NCBI GenBank assembly: GCA_976226885.1
Contig: OZ320313.1
Span: 145,948,001 to 146,012,000 of the forward strand
Direction: 5' to 3'
Length of the DNA: 64,000 nt
From: Iphione sp. A-MEVVRFRX5
Lineage: Eukaryota
Both the position numbers and the translations under genes were made by a program. The notes beneath the pieces are model-generated. The model was given only the letters and a program-made list of their open reading frames with translations. It did not search any database and was not told where the DNA came from. Shown in pieces: positions 1 to 13,299 of the stretch (position 1 is its first letter; every line of letters begins with the position of its first letter).

Positions 1-2409
1 TTCCTGGTGCTCTAGCAAACTGAACGTGTATATAAAGCCAGTAAATAATAACATATTGCATAGGTGTACTTGCCTTTAAATACATGTAGATTGATACATC
101 TCCTCTCTCTGGAACTTGCGTTTCCCAGTGCTTGGAGCTGGTATGGGAGGTATCCTGCTCTAGTTTAGATACATTTTGAATATCCTTTATGCTTTTGTAA
201 TGCATGGAGCTATGGCGTAATTTTTGTTTGTTTTGTGAGGCACTGGCAATATTAATTATACCAATAAAACAATAACCGATGAAAGTACCAGCTGTAGCAA
301 TGTACATGTACATGTATATTAAGTTCGTCCCAGCGCTGACACCCGCCTCAAATACCCTGCTTCTAATACTACTCAGGTTTCCCGACAGCCAAGCGGTTGC
401 TCTAGCAGGGACCATATCGTGGTAGTCAATTCCCTGCACAAACAGATGCGGAGTCACCAAATGGCATGATATTCAATCCGCAGGTATCATAGCCTCCAAA
501 GCCTAGATGAAACATTTAAAACGCCGTCGAAGCCGATCAACACGACAGGAGCAAGAAATTATATGGCTGGGAAATTAATTCGTGTGGGAGCAGTCGCGCG
601 TCCTTCGGAGGGGAAAGAGGGGGTTGGAGGTGTTTGGGGGGAGCGGGTGTGACTGGAGGAAAAGGCAGTTGGGGTGATACACGTGGCTACATTGATTATG
701 TCCGCGGTTGCCATCTGGAACCCCCCGGGTGACAGCGGCTACCCGCCCCGCCCGGGAAGATACGGCCAGGCACACGGGGAAAAGGCACATTTGGCCCGAA
801 CCTGAGGCGCCTCACAAACAAGCCTCTCCCGCCTGGGTCGGCTGGCGTATCAATACCCGCACCGCCAGCATAGTGCCTCCCACCCTCGAATCGATCTGAT
901 TAATTCACGGCCGCTGCCGATAGAGAGGGATAAGGTGGGAGAAAACGGCGCCGAGTTGAGGGGGTTGAGGCTCTAGGGTGCTAACATAAACAGTGCAAAC
1001 ACACCCGGGCACATGTTTAAAACATGCGCCCGTCACACTTGGTCCGGTCGCCGCATGCGTTAGATAATGGCAACTCACAAGATGATTTCCACTAAAACCT
1101 AACGTTTTTCTTTTTACCAGTCTTGACCTTTATTTAGACCTTGTTGGACCCTCCAACGTGTGGGTCATCGCCCCATGGGAGGCCCAAACTGAGTTTTGGA
1201 GATCAGAATGGGCCGTTTTTTTAGTTCGAGTATTGCTAACTAATCTCAAGAGTCATCAAATTAGTGCTCGGTCTTTGTCAGTTATCCCACTGACATCCCT
1301 TCGTCCCTGTTCCTTCCCTTCCTCGACCTCCGCCGCCCCTCAGGTCTTCTGCGGACGACCGCCGACATGTTAAATACCAATCTATTTCAGTCATTTTGTT
1401 CGACATCAAAAAGCAAGGATCGAGTTTCGGGCGCAGCTTGCCGCTCACCGGGCTCCAATCTGTGTCCGATTCTGATTGAGGCGCCTACATACGGGCTCTG
1501 TCGTGACAATGGTCACGTGGGGCTCATTAAGCAGCGTTCTCCGCGACGACAATGGCGGCGTAACGGGCCGTAATGCAACTTGTTGTCTGGTGGCTACGTG
1601 GCCACGTCACGCTGGCGTCTTGAATGTCGTCTGCTGGTGGAATAATCAACGCCCTTCTAAAACGAGTCAGCGCGCGACCATTGATGGCGACTGTATTGAA
1701 CAGAAATGTTGTCTGCGCATCGGCCAGAAAGACAGTGAAGGCACAACAAGGCACAGAGGTGGACTGAAGAAGAGGAAGACTAGGAGGGGGAAGATGAGGA
1801 TAATGAAACGTCGTCTGCTTCACAAAGGTGACGTAAGGCGGGGGTGTGTTTGGTGGCGCGTGACGGCGCGGATCCTGTCGCCATAATGGGCGTCGAGCGC
1901 CAGCGCCGCCTCGTGCCGCCACGAAAAACGACACCTCAAAAGGACGTCGGTCGGCGACGTAACCCGACGCCACGCCAACAAATTATCGACGTGTTGCCAG
2001 AAAAACAATATAATCGAACTTTTGTGTTACTTTTGTGTGGCTGCTAGGGCCGGAGGCGAGAGGCTGTCGGGTGCTGGTGGCAGGAGACGCCTCTGTGCCG
2101 GGTGACCGTGTGTGATGGGAGTCATTGTGGACGGTGGTCCCCCTTACGGGAAAGTGGGCGGGACGGACAGGACCGGCCAAGCACTAGGCAGAGATGACGA
2201 TCTATAGGAGAAGGGGGAGGAAGGGAGGGAATGGAAGAGGAGATGGTACGGAGGGATGAGAGGGTGGGTCGAGGGGCGCGAGGTGGCTCGCCGAGCGGCC
2301 GATAACCTCAGCGGGTGCCACCCATCGACACAGCCCGCGCGCACGCGCCCAAGATAACACATCCGCCACACAAAAACCAATTTAAAGAGTCCTCTCTGAT
2401 CGCCAAATG

Positions 2410-2590
2410 TAATTAAACTTGCACAATGGCCGCAGATAAGAGAGGTTGAGCCGATCTGCTGTCTGATTACTCACGGTGCGCCGGGACTGCCGCCTCACTA
2501 GTCAGCACACGCGCACTTCTATTGCCGGAAGTCGGGGGTGACGCCATCTTTGAATTAGCATGCTATACCGGAAGTGAGAGGGTTAATTGT
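2410..2590. promoter_or_regulatory. Promoter/enhancer-like motif cluster (2x ETS, YY1, octamer-like, Sox-like)
   Basis: CCGGAAGT at 2525 and 2568, CGCCATCTT (YY1) at 2542, ATTAGCAT at 2554 and ACAATGG near 2424, at the edge of a CpG-rich island. Confidence 0.55.
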
Positions 2591-3149
2591 GTTTGCTTTC
2601 TTTCGAGGTTCAATAGCGTTTTGTAAGAACATTATATGGAAATAGAAATGCATCCTACATTTTCTCATGTGTTGGTGTCTCTCTACAAAAACACAAAAGA
2701 TCAATTGACAGAGTAAGTCTACATTTTTTCCCTTTCAGGGCCATATCAATAAATATTATTGTTTCCGTCCTTCCAAATATTTTTATCAGCCTTGCGTCCA
2801 GTCGGATAAACGTATTCCTTCTTTCTACCATCAACTGTGAGGTAAATCATTAATATTTGAATCGATTTATTCTCTATATTCTATGTACATTTCTGGAAGT
2901 CATAAAGTCATATGTTCGCTGCTCTACTAAAGCACATTTCATTCTAAAGAACAGACTCGAGTTGTTTATACTTATCTGTGCGAATGCACCTCCACTCCAG
3001 CACACCAAAGTAGGGGCTCGCTGTGTCATTTAATTGTATGTGTGTGGAAGGGTTGACTGTGTGCTACCTTCACGCTCCGTCGCGGTCACTCAAGACTAAT
3101 CTACGTCAACTCAACTCGTCGAGCCCAATCACCCTCCTAGCAGCGCCCT

Positions 3150-3399
3150 CTCCTCTGACGTGGGGGGCGGGGGCGGCTCCACACGAGGGAAATAACAAAT
3201 ACGGCGTGAAAAGGCGCGCCGCTCGTTAAAAGCAGCTTAAGAAGGCTTGACGGTGGTAAAGGAGCAGGACGAACTGAGGTGTATAAAGGGCCTTGGAAGA
3301 AGAGGGGGGCTGGCGTGGGAGAGGGTGCTGCTGGGGTTAGACCAGCCTTCCACTTGAAGCAGGCGGCTTGCGCTGTCGCCTCATGTTTGACAGGTGAGT
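3150..3399 (+). promoter_or_regulatory. Candidate TATA promoter plus short first exon
   Basis: GC box near 3165, TATAAA at 3282-3287 and consensus donor CAG|GTGAGT at 3393/3394. An ATG at 3383 gives ATG TTT GAC AG|. Confidence 0.35.
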
Positions 3400-6300
3400 G
3401 GCCAGCCCACCTGGATCTTTTACTAAGCTGGCGGCGCCCTTACCTTCTGGCGGCCGTCAGGATCGCCTCCTGATGGTCCTGTCGCCCTCGCCGCCACTCG
3501 TGGCGCCGCTGTTGTTACCGACGCGAGGATTTTCTATTTTAGTTAAGAGCCTTGTGGTAATTTTCGGATCCAAGGCATTGTGTAGTTGCTTATAAAAGGA
3601 ACCAGAATGTGATGCACGTTCTTGAATTATATTGTACTTGAATATTCCAGAAGTATCTTTTGTATCAAGAGATGAATTTTCATAATTTGGGCTGAATTCT
3701 TACACAAATCTGTGTGAAAACAAGCAAGAGGAGACGATGCCTTATTGCAAAACTTTGTGCATGTAATTTCTCACAAATCCACGTATATATCAATGGTTCA
3801 AGCAAAGACATTGCATGCACCTACAATAACCACTATACTTTATTGAAGCTACTCGACAGCCCTTGGTTGGTAGAAACCATTATGGACATGAAGATGGGTT
3901 AGGTGAGAGCTCACTTGATGCTGACTGTCATTGACAGCCTGTCCTCTGAGGTTCCCTCAGCGTGGCGCCAAAGGCAAAGGCAGCGAAACGGGAGTGGAGA
4001 CACACTAGCAATCCCCTGCGATACTTAGAGAGGTGCGTCCCCCGGCCCCCTGCCCCCGCGACTGTCCTCCCTTCACTCACTGTTTCTGTCGCCATCATTG
4101 TCAGTGTCTTATTTCTCCGGCGATCACCCGCAAAGGGTCATTTTCCTCCCGGTCGAACTCTCACAAAGGCCCCAATCCTATTGGGATTGGAATGAGGAGT
4201 GAAGTCCTGGCTATCCAGACATCTCCTGGACCGACTGGAGCCTGAACGGCGCGCTGCGTGGTCACCTCTCAATGCACGGAGGGCTACGTAGGCTATTCAA
4301 GGTGAGCGAAGGGGAGCGCGAGGGGGCGGGGTTGATGAACCAGTTCGAAGCCTTAAATAGGGTGGCATGTTGTCCAACACCACGAGGCGTCCATTCACAT
4401 ATAAAGCTAAGCGTACGCCTTTCCGGCCTCTCCCGTGTCGTCCCACACTCCATACCAGCAATTACCAATGCGCTGGGTTTCAGCTTTAAGAGGTCGATGA
4501 TTGTGTGTACACTGGGGAGGTGACAGCAGCTCACATGCCGGTCATTTATCACTGTATGAGAGCTTCATTTTTCATCTCCTCTCCTGCGAGGGACCTAAAC
4601 ATCCATTAATCTCGTCTTCTTCGGGCAATGCCCAATTAAAACGTCCTAATCCACCCAGCTACACGTATACGTCGCTTTTTACCATTGCTTGCAACAAAAC
4701 ACATTGCTTTGTTGCTTGCATTCATCATCATCTAAACTTCCCAAATGCGCGACTCCTTCCTGAGAGTAAAACAATCAAATAAAATTATTAAGCATGAAGA
4801 TGGCCACCCACAAATTTTAAAGTCGATATTCAGACCCACAACGTATAAGTAAATGGATTAACAATGTTTGTCTTGAAAGTTTCGCTCTACATGTTTGTAG
4901 ATTGAAAGAATGTAAAAGACCTCATACGATGCTTTGTTATCTAATAGATTGATCTACAATGCCTTGCAGCTACAGCAAAAAAATATCATAAGCTAAAGTA
5001 CATTCGTAATGTACCGGCATCATGAAATGTTGATGATTTTACACAAGAAGCAACCATCATGACTCAATAGGCGACATGGAGGCCATTATTATTGCAAGTG
5101 AATCGACCCTTATGTGGCCAGATGGCAATAAGATAAATGTCATGCTTCAGGGACTAGTTTCGCTTTCAAGGAAATTACATATTATCATGTTGCGATTGAG
5201 GTGTGCTTCGATATGAATATTCAGATTATTTCAGATCAGTAGAGACAAAAATGAGTGTGTGGAGACCAGATGACTATCAGGTTCAACAGGCTTCCTGCCA
5301 AAATATTAGTCAAACACTTTAAGTACATTAATGGCGTTAAACGTGCATATTGCATATTCCAATAATGGTCACCGCTTGTATGTACATTAAACTTTTTCAA
5401 TGAAGTACATTTGTAAGCAACGCGATCTGAATATTTTGAAAAGCCCAGAAGGACCCATTGATTTTTTGTTTGTGTGATTTAGAATAAAGAGTCAAACTGA
5501 GGCAGATAATTGATGATCTATTGTTAAAATGCAGTACACATATATTTATACAGTGGTTTCATCCCGCTTCATTGTTGGTTTCATAGTCGTCTATGCTAAA
5601 CGGTAAGCTCCCTGTGACAGCTGTTATATGTTGCTTTCTTTGAGTTAAACGCCACAGAATGTAAAATACTTTATCCGAGTCTCGTAGCATTACTTTTTGT
5701 TTGTGTGGAAATATGCATGAGTATATGTTTACTATAAGTACCATTTTACTATACTCTTAGGAAATTTGTTCTTGAATTGACAGAGGATAGATAATTGTGG
5801 CCAGTAGAACTTCGCGCACACATACTTTGCATGCTTTTTTTTCATTACGTTTATTAGAACTGGAATAAAAACAGGCACTGTGGGCTTACATATCCAGTAC
5901 ATATATCATTGTCTGTCAGTGAAATACATATACATGTATCTTCCAATGATTGAACATTGAATTTTCATTTAAATATCGTATATATTTGTAACATCAGCTG
6001 GTCATTCACAGAAAAATTAGAAAAATAGGAGTAATTTGATTAGGTAAAGAGAGGGACAAACGATGCCTAAAAACCTTGGAAATACAGTCTACCTTTCACC
6101 ACATGACTAGATATAGCGATATATCAAATATTATGATACTTATTCTAGTCCACTCTGCACTCCTTTCCTTAAAGTTTCTTTAGATGTGGCGCTTGTCGGC
6201 CTTTTTGGAGTGACAAACCATTGCCCTATACAGGGCCAGCTAGTCTTAGTGGTGCTCAATGTAGCGATCAGTTCTGATCCCCGCCTATAACCCGCTGTCA

Positions 6301-7245
6301 CCTTTCCTTACTTCCAGCACACTGACCTGCCCGGAACCCAGACACCACTTTATTTTCTCCCTCGGCGCTGGCGCCAGTCACACGCTGGGCGCGACGGACC
6401 GTGGAGGAGAAAATCCTAGCATACCTGCCGACGCCCTGGAGTAGCTGAAAGGGCTTATACCACCCGAGTTGTTGTCGCCTGACGCCTGGAGTGCCTCCAT
6501 GGTCACGGCAGCCTATCGCTGCTCGTGATCTCTGTCGCCTGGCAAAGTGGCTGCAGTGGCGTAGTGTCCAAATACAAATACAGGATCAGATGGGATCAAG
6601 TGTAAGTGAAAATGGAGGATAGGGTCAGTAAAGGTAAGGAAACCTCGGGTGGTAAAGAACAAACATCTGTGATCAAAAAAGCATGCAATAATAACGTGAT
6701 CTCTGCTGTACTAAGTTCAATGTTAATTGATCAGGAATTTCTGGAGAAACATCAGTTGAATACATGCACAGTAGCACCTCACGGTGTGGGCCACTCAATT
6801 AGGAGGACAACTCAAAATCAATGACAATTTTCCTAGTCCCACTACTTCATGATTTATATGAAAAACAGCCCTCTGATAGTTCTTCATTAATGACAGAATT
6901 AGCTGGTCCCTTCTGAAACCTAAAGAGGATTTGATTTGAGTCTGCAGTGGTATTTAACTCGCTAACTCTGATGAATGATATCAATAAATACATGCAAAAT
7001 TATTCTTAAAACGTTTAATTAGACAAGATAGAGAAGAGCCAATGGTTTACTTTACACATCAGTGCAAGTGTATAAGTTTGTACATTTGAGACCCAATTCC
7101 CATATTCCTGGTAGACACATGGTGTGTTGTACGGTGCCATTTTTAAGGAGTACAGGGTTATGGACAAGATATAGCCATTTACATATGTATTGTTTCTGGT
7201 AGAAATATAGAAAATATGTGTAGAATTTTGCATAGTTGTGTGTGA

Positions 7246-8170
7246 CGCTGGGTTTCCATGTGTATGTTTTTCCCCACATGTACAGAATGGTCTGGAAAAT
7301 TCGCCCAATTTTCCAGACCCTTACAGATGAAGGGTGTTCAATGTATATGGACTGGGATGGTCCAGAATGGTCTCTTGCCCTCTGGGTGTATGCATGTGTG
7401 TAAATTGAAGTATTGGTGAAATTTGTGCGGCTTTTGGGGAAATTGAAATATATCAGTGGCATTTGTGTGGTTTTGGTGGAAATTGAAGTATATCAATGGA
7501 AATTGTGCAGATATTTTTGAGAAATTGAAGCATCTTTAGGAATTTGTGCGTTTTTTTTGGAAATTCAAGTACATTGTGAAAATTGTGTGTTTTTGTACAA
7601 ATTGTATGTTAATTGATGCATCGCCGAGCGGGAAAGTAACTGGTCGTGCAGACGCATTTGTAACTAATTGTGATGTCATACTAGATTTTTTCCGACAGTG
7701 TCAGAATATGAAGCAATTTGATTGGGGGATGCTCAATATGATGGCACAATTAGTAAAAAATGCGTCTGCAAGACCATTTAGGCCAGCTCTCCATGCATAC
7801 AGAAATTTTTATGCACAGCGTAGGTAATCCGGAAATTAAGCCAATTTTCTGGACTCTCCACACAGGTGCTTTCCAAGTGTATGGAAAATAGAGAGAGTAC
7901 GAGAGATTAGATGTTATTTTATAGGACCTAACATATGTTAGACAGTGTCTCTCTTTCTCTGAACCATTTCTCTATCCTATGCACCCATGTTGGTATCCAG
8001 AGTCTGGAGTCTGGAGAAATGAATGAATGTTGCTGGTTTTCAAACTCCTGACTCTGGATTCCTGACCCTGACATATGGAAACTGTCTAGTTCTGTCTTAT
8101 ACTATCATTTTTTCCCGGATGCACGTATCCAGAGTCTGTGAAAAAAATCTGGACACACAAAAACCAGGCC
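7246..8170. mobile_element. Composite/nested PIF/Harbinger-like MITE copies
   Basis: TIR-like ends GCTGGGTTTCCATGTG (7247), TTA|GGCCAGCTCTCCATG (7781) and ...GGACACACAAAAACCAGGCC (8170). Internal degenerate GGAAATTGTG repeats are shared with the 25592-26163 element. Confidence 0.6.
7641..7776. mobile_element. Small inverted-repeat element (136 bp)
   Basis: 18-bp TIRs TGGTCGTGCAGACGCATT and AATGCGTCTGCAAGACCA with one mismatch. No clear target-site duplication. Confidence 0.5.
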
Positions 8171-8790
8171 TCAGTGTGATGTTTTTTGGCAAAAGGCAGA
8201 CTTCACATAGCATGCCCTTATTTGGTGCAAATATATATAATATTATTAGGAACGCTGGATTGTGCATAGTGTGTGCCTTTCACAGGTAGTGTGTGCCCTT
8301 CACATCAATAAAAATGTCTAATTCTTCATGGTGTATATCTATTTTGTGTAAATATCTTGGCCAAAATGGCAAATTCTGCATAGTACACTGTATAGGTTTA
8401 GGCCTAAAAAATAATTGTGTTGTTTCAACTTGTTGAAAAATGAATGCGTGGATAGGTAGGTGGTTTTGCTTTGTTTTGCTTTTAGTGCTTAGCAAAAAAT
8501 GTATATTGTAATTCACTGGAACTACTTAGATATTTATGAAACCGGTATCATACAAAAGCGTATGATTTTAAAAAAAGTACAATGGTGTGTTGCATGTGTT
8601 CTTATCCTTATTTACTCTGAAGATATTAAGAAAACAAGAAAAAGAAAAAAGTTCCATTGGGAGTAAAATGGGGCTCAGTCAGGTTACTGAAAACATGGAC
8701 AATGGGTGTAGATTCCATCAGAAATTTTTACAATTTGAACTAAAGGCATGGGTTGAGAATAACTCGGGGAATTTTTATCATATTTGCATT

Positions 8791-8921
8791 AGAGATGTAT
8801 GGATTCATACATATATACATACATGGGACCTACATCAACCCACAAGGATATGCACGGACCTATAAAAGGGCCTCCTGGAAGTGTCTGGAAATAGCTGCTG
8901 AAACAGAATTATCTGCATTCT
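8791..8921 (+). repeat. Dispersed repeat, copy 1 of an inverted pair
   Basis: Matches the reverse complement of 11539-11655, including the shared block GGAAGTGTCTGGAAATAGCTGCTGAAACAGAATTATCTGCATTCT. Confidence 0.85.
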
Positions 8922-9480
8922 TCCCACATGCACTGACAGGGACTATACCAGGAAAACAGGCCTCAGGTATGTTTCTATTGATTACTGTTCGCTCAGAACC
9001 ATGCTGAAGATTATATTGTTTTTAATGTAGTTGATTTGCATTTAGTTTTGTTTTAAAGCAAGAAATGCACATTAGCTTTGGAGGACATCAGGAATACAAT
9101 TAAATAGAAATATTTGTCAGGGAGCTGAGCTAGAGCAAGATGGGCAGTATGATCAATTATAAACATGTATACATCCAAAGGACATTTAGATACATTTAAT
9201 TAGATTAATGGTTGGTTTTCAGCAACTTGTGATTTGGTCCTTAACTGGGCCGTCATTGTATAGAGGGCGTACTAGACGGACTGTTAGATGAAAACAATTG
9301 CATATTCTTTTAAAGCCTTTGTGGGGGGGGGGCGAATACAGCACATATAATGTATGCACACAAAAAGTCCGGGCTCTAGCACACAGTCTAGTGTGGTCTA
9401 TCTCTCAGGGATAGCGCGTATGCCAGACATGAACAAGTTTGGAGATAAGGCTCATTCAAATTGCTCTGAACAGAGCTTAA

Positions 9481-9775
9481 GGGCCGGTTTCCATACCTGC
9501 ATTGGTATCCATGAGGTATCCATTGGTATCCGTGTGCATTAACATGCATTTTGCTCTCATTCAACCTCACAGATAGGGGTGCCTATGTGGTTGTATTGAC
9601 GTTGCATGAGGCTGCATGAAAAAGTGTGACAAACTGGTGAATTATACTGAAAAATATGAAAACTGGCGAATGTTACCAGAAAAAGTATGAAAACTGATGA
9701 ATTTCACTGGAAAAAGTATGGGAACTTGAGAATGTCATTGGAAAAAGTACGAAAATTGTGCAGAAATGTGCAGTA
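9481..9775. mobile_element. Truncated PIF/Harbinger-like MITE (family of 44324-45446)
   Basis: Begins TAA|GGGCCGGTTTCCATACCTGCATTGGTATCC. Internal A-rich degenerate repeats are reverse-similar to 45040-45310. No second TIR found. Confidence 0.65.
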
Positions 9776-11001
9776 ATAATGGTTTTTCATGTCATTTATC
9801 ATAGTTTCACCTGAATAAAAGGCCATCTGCTGTATAGTACTGTCCGTTGGGTATCCATATGCTTTAAATTATCAGTCAGGGACCAATAATGAACAAGCAC
9901 AGACAAACACACACGGACCTGCATGACACCTACCAACGACATCAACATGATCACAAGAAACGGACGGGAACAGACAGGAACGCACACGGATGACAATGCA
10001 GGTTAGGCCCTAACAGTTGCTTTGGTGTGGGTCACTCTTCAGCTAAGAGGGACAGAATGTCACACCCATACACCAAGATAGGAGGTCCGACCCATTCAAA
10101 TCGCCCCGGATACAGCATACCACTTCAGGTGATAATATTTAATGCGTCTTCGTAGTTCCCCTGCAAAAAAGTAGAAAAAAATAAGTTGAATCTTGTGCTT
10201 CATAGTGAATACTCCTCCCAGAGTTGGCATAAATACATCATGTTTCGGTTTCTAAAAACACTTGCTGAATGAAGGTCATTTCTACAGTAGAATATGTACA
10301 TCGATCTGACAGTGACCCTTGCCGCAATCTTGCTGCTGTCTTTGGCGCCCGGCCGTGCGATGTCGCCACTGCAGGCGTCCATCACGCCGGCTGACGATGA
10401 CCGTCGCTGAAGGGCGGGCATTAATGGCGCCATTGTCACATCAGGTGAGCCGCCTGCTCGGAGCGTCCCCTGGAGGAGTAGGCTGCATCCACCGACAGCA
10501 GTCCTCCTCCCCTCCCCCCTCTCCTCCTTTCCCAACGGGGCAGGCCAAAGCTTGGGCCTTGGATGTGGTGGTAGAAGTGGGGGCCGCCGCCCGTTTATCG
10601 CTAACTCGATTAGTGGTGTGGGCATGGGGCGCAGCGGCAGGTAATCGTGGTGGACGGAACCTGACAGACCGGATCACGTCACGTGGGATGATCACATGGG
10701 CATCGGTCACGTGGGGATGATTGTTGCCTGATGTGGTTGGCCTCGTTCCTGTTGTGACGTAGTTGGTGGTGACGTGGCGGAGGGTTTCGGTCGCAAGTTT
10801 ATCGTCAGTGTCTCTTTTCTAACATGTACATGTAAACAGGTATGGTTTACATGTCAGTCACCTTTGATCACCAGCACATGCCTGTTTCAAATTTTGCATT
10901 TGCACATGTTTCGTTTAACAGCTGTTACAGAGACATTTTCTATTGTAAAAAAGTATGGCCTGTACAAGTACATATGTGTGTAAATTTGCTCTGGATGTAT
11001 A

Positions 11002-11470
11002 CAGTGGAATCTCTATTTCCGACCAGTGGTTGGGTCCAACCCAAAATGGTCGCAATAGCAAGTTTGGTCGGAAATTGATTGAGTAGGGGATCTGGGCTGA
11101 AAACAATATCCCCTTCTCCCTTTCTCTCTACTAACATATGTATAGTATTGGTATACAGACAAAAATTCCAAAAAGTGCTGAATTTGACGACTTAAAGTCC
11201 AAAAAGTGCTGAATTTGATGACTATCGTCCAAAAGTGCTGAATTTGATTACTAAAAGGCCAAAAAGTCCACTCTTTCAATCATTATCCCAGGTGTAAGGT
11301 ACATCAGAGAAGTCGGTTTAGACTGATTTCAAGGTGTCAGGGACATCAGAGAGGTCGCCGTTGACACCCGCGGTCTCTCTCGACCAGCTCCTCCAGGTGT
11401 GGGGTACATCAGGGAGGTTGCCGTTAACGCCCCGGTCAGTCTCAACCACTGTTTCAATCATTATCCAAGG
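11002..11470 (-). mobile_element. Tc1/mariner-type MITE, one end missing (family of 40855-41731 and 55138-55707)
   Basis: TA|CAGTGGAATCTCTATTTCCGACCA terminus, a 3x ~30-bp AAAAAGTGCTGAATTTGA repeat at 11165-11270, and diverged GC minisatellite units at 11290-11460. Confidence 0.75.
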
Positions 11471-11538
11471 TGTGAGAGAATAGAATAAAATAAAAAAACA
11501 CCCCAACCAGCCCCATTGGTTGGAAACCAATAGTGGGT

Positions 11539-11655
11539 AGAATGCAGATAATTCTGTTTCAGCAGCTATTTCCAGACACTTCCACTCCGTGCATATCCTT
11601 GTAGGTTTCTGTGGGTCCCATGTGTGTATGTATGTATGGATCCATATATCTCTGA
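11539..11655 (-). repeat. Dispersed repeat, copy 2 of the inverted pair
   Basis: Reverse complement of 8791-8921, lacking a 17-nt TATA-containing segment. Confidence 0.85.
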
Positions 11656-12559
11656 CACAAACATGTATCATGTACCATCTGACATGTAACTGAGGATGCC
11701 ATTGATTCCTATAAAAAAAACCTGCCTATCAAGGGGATGGCCCCAATCTAGGGTGGTGTCATGTAAAGCCGAAATATGCTGTTCGGACCACCAGTATTGA
11801 CAGTCTAAGAGTGTCCCATGTCCTGGGCATCTCAGTTATCGTACAGTTCTACCATACCAACCTACGACCACAACTGCGAGCCTAATGTCTAACCCTCTAA
11901 AAATAGCATTTTAATGGATTTGTCAGTGTATACACTCCTAATCAATTGCATGTTTTCATTTCATGTTTGATATGATGAATTTCGATGAAACAGTTTTGCA
12001 TCTCAAAGAAGTGTGGTGTCAAACAGTTTGTAAAGGATGTGCAATAACTGTTCACTAATGTTAATAAAAACATTAGTTTTAGTACTGCCAAGATTCGGTA
12101 CACTATGTTACCGTAAAGACAAACACTTTTAAGCCCTCGCATGTTCTTTGTTACTACGTAACCGTGGTTTGAATACTAACTAAACACTATTTATGGGATA
12201 TGTAAGTAGTGCATAACAATGGGCAATCGAATGTGGCGACCTCATGCTGGAGGCAGTTTTAGGAAAGAGTTCGTAGGGTAAAATCATATCAAATCCCCCT
12301 ATCCGACATATGTCAAAGTTCTGCCTCTGAAGTAGTGATCCATCTTATTCTAGGCATAAAAACTTTGTTTTGGCCTGAGGGTAGTGGAGACCTCCGGTCG
12401 CCATTGTATCGCCATTGTTTGATATGGCTTATTAAAGTTTTTCTATCAAGGCGACCATCTTGGTGCATGTCCTGACCAGACAGGGTACCAGATGGACGGG
12501 TAAGATACTTCGTGCTGCATTTTCCTGGTCGTCCCTCACCCTGGCTCCTCGATTCCTAC

Positions 12560-12675
12560 AGCCACGTGACCTCAAGGGTATCAGGAGCCACCACAAGAGC
12601 CCTAGGTCACCGTGACGTCACTGGAACGTCGGGCAGACGACATTCGAACATTTTGCCCCCTAGCAGACGACGGCA
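12560..12675. promoter_or_regulatory. Motif cluster: E-box, CRE, 2x GCAGACGAC, CTCF-like
   Basis: CACGTGAC at 12563, GTGACGTCAC at 12612, GCAGACGACAT at 12633, GCAGACGAC at 12663 and TTGCCCCCTAGCAG near 12653. Confidence 0.55.
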
Positions 12676-13299
12676 TGGAATGTCTTGGCTCATATCTAAA
12701 CAATAGGATGACAAAATTATCAAAATGAATTTCCATATTCACTATCATATCCCATCTTGCCATGTCATTTCAGTAAAATGATGTCTTTCTCTCCCCTCTG
12801 TAAAATAAAAGCTTTCTAGCCCACAACGCATTTCGCTGGCAATAACACTACTGGTGTTTTTACGGATAATTTTGTAAAGGTAATGTTTCACTCTGGATCT
12901 CCAGAGTAATAGTTGTGTAATTGAAGTGGGCTTTTCCCCGGTCGCACCTGCACCCCCTTCCATTCAGCGCTCCTCCTGCGTCGCTGCAGGCGCCTGGAGG
13001 ACGCCGGCTGGAGCCGAGCCTCCACACCTCTGATCCTATCTGTCTCCATTCGTCAGGCGCTGCCGTCCCCCCGCGCCTCCCAGTCGCTGCCTCCCATCAG
13101 TCTGCCTACTCCCGCCGGCCCTCGTCAATCCGCCGGGCCCCGACACGAGCGTGGCCCCGCTGCCAGCCACGCGCCGCCCGCCCTCCCGCCTGCTCGCCCA
13201 AACTTTCCAAATTTGGCAATTAAGCGTCCATAACGAGACCTGCGCGGGAATGTTGTGCGGTGATAATGCGCGCGCAGGGGGCCGTGTTGCGCGCGGTCG

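Noticed and set aside
3925-4190. Short hairpins (CTGTCA-T-TGACAG, CTGAGG-TTC-CCTCAG, CCAATCC-TATTG-GGATTGG) and a PBS-like TGGCGCC
   Set aside because: The stems are only 6-7 bp, with no LTR pair, polypurine tract or gag/pol remnant.
5030-5070. Peptide NVDDFTQEATIMTQ resembling a tyrosine-kinase alphaC segment
   Set aside because: It is bounded by stops on both sides, with no VAVK, HRDLAARN or DFG motif nearby. Probably chance.
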